Of a DNA stretch of 27,064 bases, positions 25,077 through 27,064 are shown one piece after another. The stretch's first letter is position 1. Each line of letters begins with the position of its first letter. The DNA lies in IMG/VR virus record IMGVR_UViG_3300031519_000176, positions 1 through 27,064 of that record; one strand, 5' to 3'. The notes beneath the pieces were generated by a model. It ran no database searches, was not told where the DNA came from, and saw only the letters and a program-made list of their open reading frames with translations. Both the position numbers and the translations under genes were made by a program. Origin of the DNA: a virus. Lineage: Duplodnaviria; Caudoviricetes.

Positions 25077-25213
25077 TTTTTAATGTCCTTTGTTTGCGTC
25101 TCAGTTTCAACTTCGGTGTGAGAACAGAAGCCCAGACAGATCGTAGATTTCTCTCGTAGTGTGCCTGAGCATCCAGTGAGTAACACGAGTGCTAGGGCTG
25201 CTAAGAGTTTCAT
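25073..25213 (-). CDS. Small lipoprotein (46 aa)
   Basis: Not in ORF track. MKLLAALALVLLTG|CSGTLREKSTICLGFCSHTEVETETQTKDIKK; LTGC lipobox; ATGA overlaps with both neighbours. Confidence 0.85.
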   Translation of the reverse strand: MKLLAALALVLLTGCSGTLREKSTICLGFCSHTEVETETQTKDIKK

Positions 25214-25557
25214 GCTGCCCAAGGAGCGCCTGTGCCACGAGTAGGATTGGCTTTCTCGTCAATCTGAGCCTGAATAGAGGCTTCTACAGACTCCTGCTCG
25301 GTAGGCGTGTCATCCATCTTATTTGTAGCCATGTCAGCCATGAGCCAACCTAGTACGGTATCCTCAGTGATGTTATCCCAAGGCATGAAGTCATCCGCAG
25401 AAGCGTCTGGGAGGGCCTTGGTGCCGTAAGCGGAACCTACGTTACCGTCTGCATCTACACCTGTGCAGCGCCAGTGGGCTACAGTGGCTACGTTATCTAG
25501 ACCATCTTTGGATACTTCGTAGTCTAAGGATGAAATTGTCCATGTAATCGTTGTCAT
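25210..25557 (-). CDS. Tail-fibre-associated protein (putative fibre assembly chaperone)
   Basis: 115 aa directly after the fibre; TITWTI...VAHWRC...F.PW..ITE..VLGW...PW pattern typical of genes after S74-type fibres. Confidence 0.65.
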   Translation of the reverse strand: MTTITWTISSLDYEVSKDGLDNVATVAHWRCTGVDADGNVGSAYGTKALPDASADDFMPWDNITEDTVLGWLMADMATNKMDDTPTEQESVEASIQAQIDEKANPTRGTGAPWAA

Positions 25558-25560
25558 TCT

Positions 25561-27064
25561 TTATGCTCCTTTGAGTGCCGCTACTTCGGCCTGTAGTGTT
25601 TCAATCATTGCTTGTTGCTCTTGGACGGCCTTCAGTAGTACAGGGATGGTCTCCGTGTACTTCATAGAAAGGGTACCGTCCTCGTCCTTGTCAACGACAT
25701 TAGGGAACGTGTTCTCCCAGTCTTGTGCAATGAAGCCAACCTTGTCAGCAGCTTCAGACTCAGTAGCTTTAAGGCTGTAGTTGACACACCGGAAGTCCTT
25801 AATGGTGTCGAGTACAGGGCCGATGTCGCTGATGTTTTCCTTTAGGTTCTCATCAGAGGTAGCTGTCCACGCAGTCGCACCATCAGTAAGTACAACTCCA
25901 GTGTTACCATTGTTCTGAACATAGAGAGCATTTACGCTTGAAGTCCACATACGCATAAACTTACCAGCAGTGGAGCCAGAGTGGCGCATACCGATCCCAG
26001 CCTCTCCGTTTACAGCGGCTTCTACTTGAACCTTTGTTGCTACGCTTGTGATGCCAGTGGAGGTATTAACCAGCAAGTTACCTGAGGCGTCGATACGCAT
26101 ACGCTCAATGTTGCTGGTACTCCAACGCTGATATCCGACGTTTGGGTTCTCGTAATGAATACCTCCTGTAGTCGCCGTCCCGTCTATAGTGAGATTAAGG
26201 GTCTGCGTAACATCATCCGACAACCTAATAGCTGTTTCGTTTGTCGCTGTCGCTGTCTTCACTTGTAGCTTTACCGCAGGGCTTGATTGGTTGATGCCCA
26301 CGTTACCAGCGGAGTTGATTGTCATGGCTTGTACAGGTGTTGCGTAGGTACTAGAAGTCCAGAAACCCAAGTTACAGTTTGGTCCAGCAGCCGCAGCACT
26401 GTTGTACGCCCTCATTCCTCCTGCGTCCCTCGCGCCTCCACCGGACGGGTCGCCTACATAGTATGAAAGACGGCCTAACTCCATTCCGCTTGTCCATGAT
26501 TTTGATTCGCGGTTTGCTATATATATGGCTGGCGGAGAGGTTGAGCTTGAGACATCTAAGTTAGCTAATGGTCCATCAGTACCAATACCAACGTTACCGC
26601 TGGAGTCGATGGTTACATGCTTTGTTGCAAGGTTAGTAGCGTTGCTCAGTGACAACACGCCCCCAGAGTGCTGAAGAACACCGCCAGTGTTTGCTCCAGC
26701 TGTTTTAGTTAGTAGACTTAGTCGAGACACTTCGTTGTCTGTTGCTCGGCTATCTACCAGTACAGCAGCCTCTCCACTAGTGTTGATTACGTCTAGAACA
26801 GAGCGAGGAGAAGCCGTACCAATACCAACGTTCTCACTAGCATCAATCGTGATAGCTGTAGCATTAGCGTTATCGTCGATGCCGGGGAATAGGGCCGTCT
26901 GCGCTGCCGCTTGCGTTGTCGCCCCAGTGCCACCCTGGGAGATTCCCAAAACGCCGTCGACTGTTTTCGCGCCGCCGATATTGATTTTCCAGGATGTTTT
27001 AGTTCCGCTGCCGGCGAATCCAAAAACGTCGACCACCAGGGTGGTACCGCTGTAGCTAGTCACG
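25561..27064 (-). CDS. Tail fibre / receptor-binding protein (short allele), 5' end outside this end of the window, with C-terminal peptidase S74 intramolecular chaperone
   Basis: Repeated (G/E)NVGI...(ERMR)ID modules; SDENLKENI, GFIAQD, YTETIPVLLKAVQEQQ coiled coil. True start corresponds to ATG 835 if circular. Confidence 0.92.
   Translation of the reverse strand, partial: VTSYSGTTLVVDVFGFAGSGTKTSWKINIGGAKTVDGVLGISQGGTGATTQAAAQTALFPGIDDNANATAITIDASENVGIGTASPRSVLDVINTSGEAAVLVDSRATDNEVSRLSLLTKTAGANTGGVLQHSGGVLSLSNATNLATKHVTIDSSGNVGIGTDGPLANLDVSSSTSPPAIYIANRESKSWTSGMELGRLSYYVGDPSGGGARDAGGMRAYNSAAAAGPNCNLGFWTSSTYATPVQAMTINSAGNVGINQSSPAVKLQVKTATATNETAIRLSDDVTQTLNLTIDGTATTGGIHYENPNVGYQRWSTSNIERMRIDASGNLLVNTSTGITSVATKVQVEAAVNGEAGIGMRHSGSTAGKFMRMWTSSVNALYVQNNGNTGVVLTDGATAWTATSDENLKENISDIGPVLDTIKDFRCVNYSLKATESEAADKVGFIAQDWENTFPNVVDKDEDGTLSMKYTETIPVLLKAVQEQQAMIETLQAEVAALKGA

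Larger units (their letters stand above)
1..27064. mobile_element. Near-complete tailed phage genome (lambda/HK97-like siphovirus), circularly permuted within the tail fibre gene
   Basis: Full packaging, head, tail, lysis and replication modules; no host genes; ends overlap (1..107 = 26724..26830; 336..569 = 26831..27064). Confidence 0.95.

Noticed and set aside
25561-27064. Invertase-driven shufflon or a second independent fibre gene
   Set aside because: Repeats are direct, no site-specific recombinase is visible, and the end copy lacks its own start but joins the start at 835 on circularisation.
26724-27064. Biological direct terminal repeats
   Set aside because: The copies differ by SNPs and an indel, lie mid-gene, and the terminase type and cos-like site point to ends near 15.67 kb.
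1-27064. CRISPR array, tRNA genes, stop-codon reassignment, auxiliary metabolic genes
   Set aside because: No regularly spaced repeats or cloverleaf candidates noticed in the short intergenic gaps; genes are intact under the standard code with TAA, TAG and TGA all used as stops; no metabolic enzyme motifs apart from DUF3310.

Overview
The window is an essentially complete, very compact (about 26.5-26.7 kb if circular) lambda/HK97-like tailed dsDNA phage genome (siphovirus morphotype), opened inside its tail-fibre gene. Almost all genes are on the minus strand. In transcription order: Cro-like HTH, a membrane protein, Holliday junction resolvase, Sak4-like ATPase, SSB-like protein, a stand-alone primase Zn-ribbon protein, RepA-like helicase, a putative origin, a cluster of tiny genes, DUF3310, a gpZ-like protein, a putative cos site, Nu1/GpA terminase, gpW-like adaptor, lambda-type portal, an 883-aa multi-domain protease-capsid fusion, neck/tail genes with a -1 frameshift chaperone, tape measure, two tail-tip proteins, a modular tail fibre with C-terminal S74 chaperone, a fibre-associated cassette (including an unannotated lipoprotein), holins, endolysin and HNH. 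The only convincing plus-strand gene is a YqaJ-family exonuclease divergent from cro. No integrase, CI repressor, tRNA, CRISPR array or reverse transcriptase was seen. Most notable: (1) the two window ends carry two alleles of the same fibre gene differing by a precise in-frame 228-bp module bounded by nucleotide-conserved junctions, suggesting module shuffling without a dedicated recombinase; (2) the capsid ORF has two extra N-terminal domains and a strong internal ribosome-binding site; (3) a lipoprotein plus an exported protein travel with the fibre cassette. Family assignments come from motif recognition by eye, not database searches.
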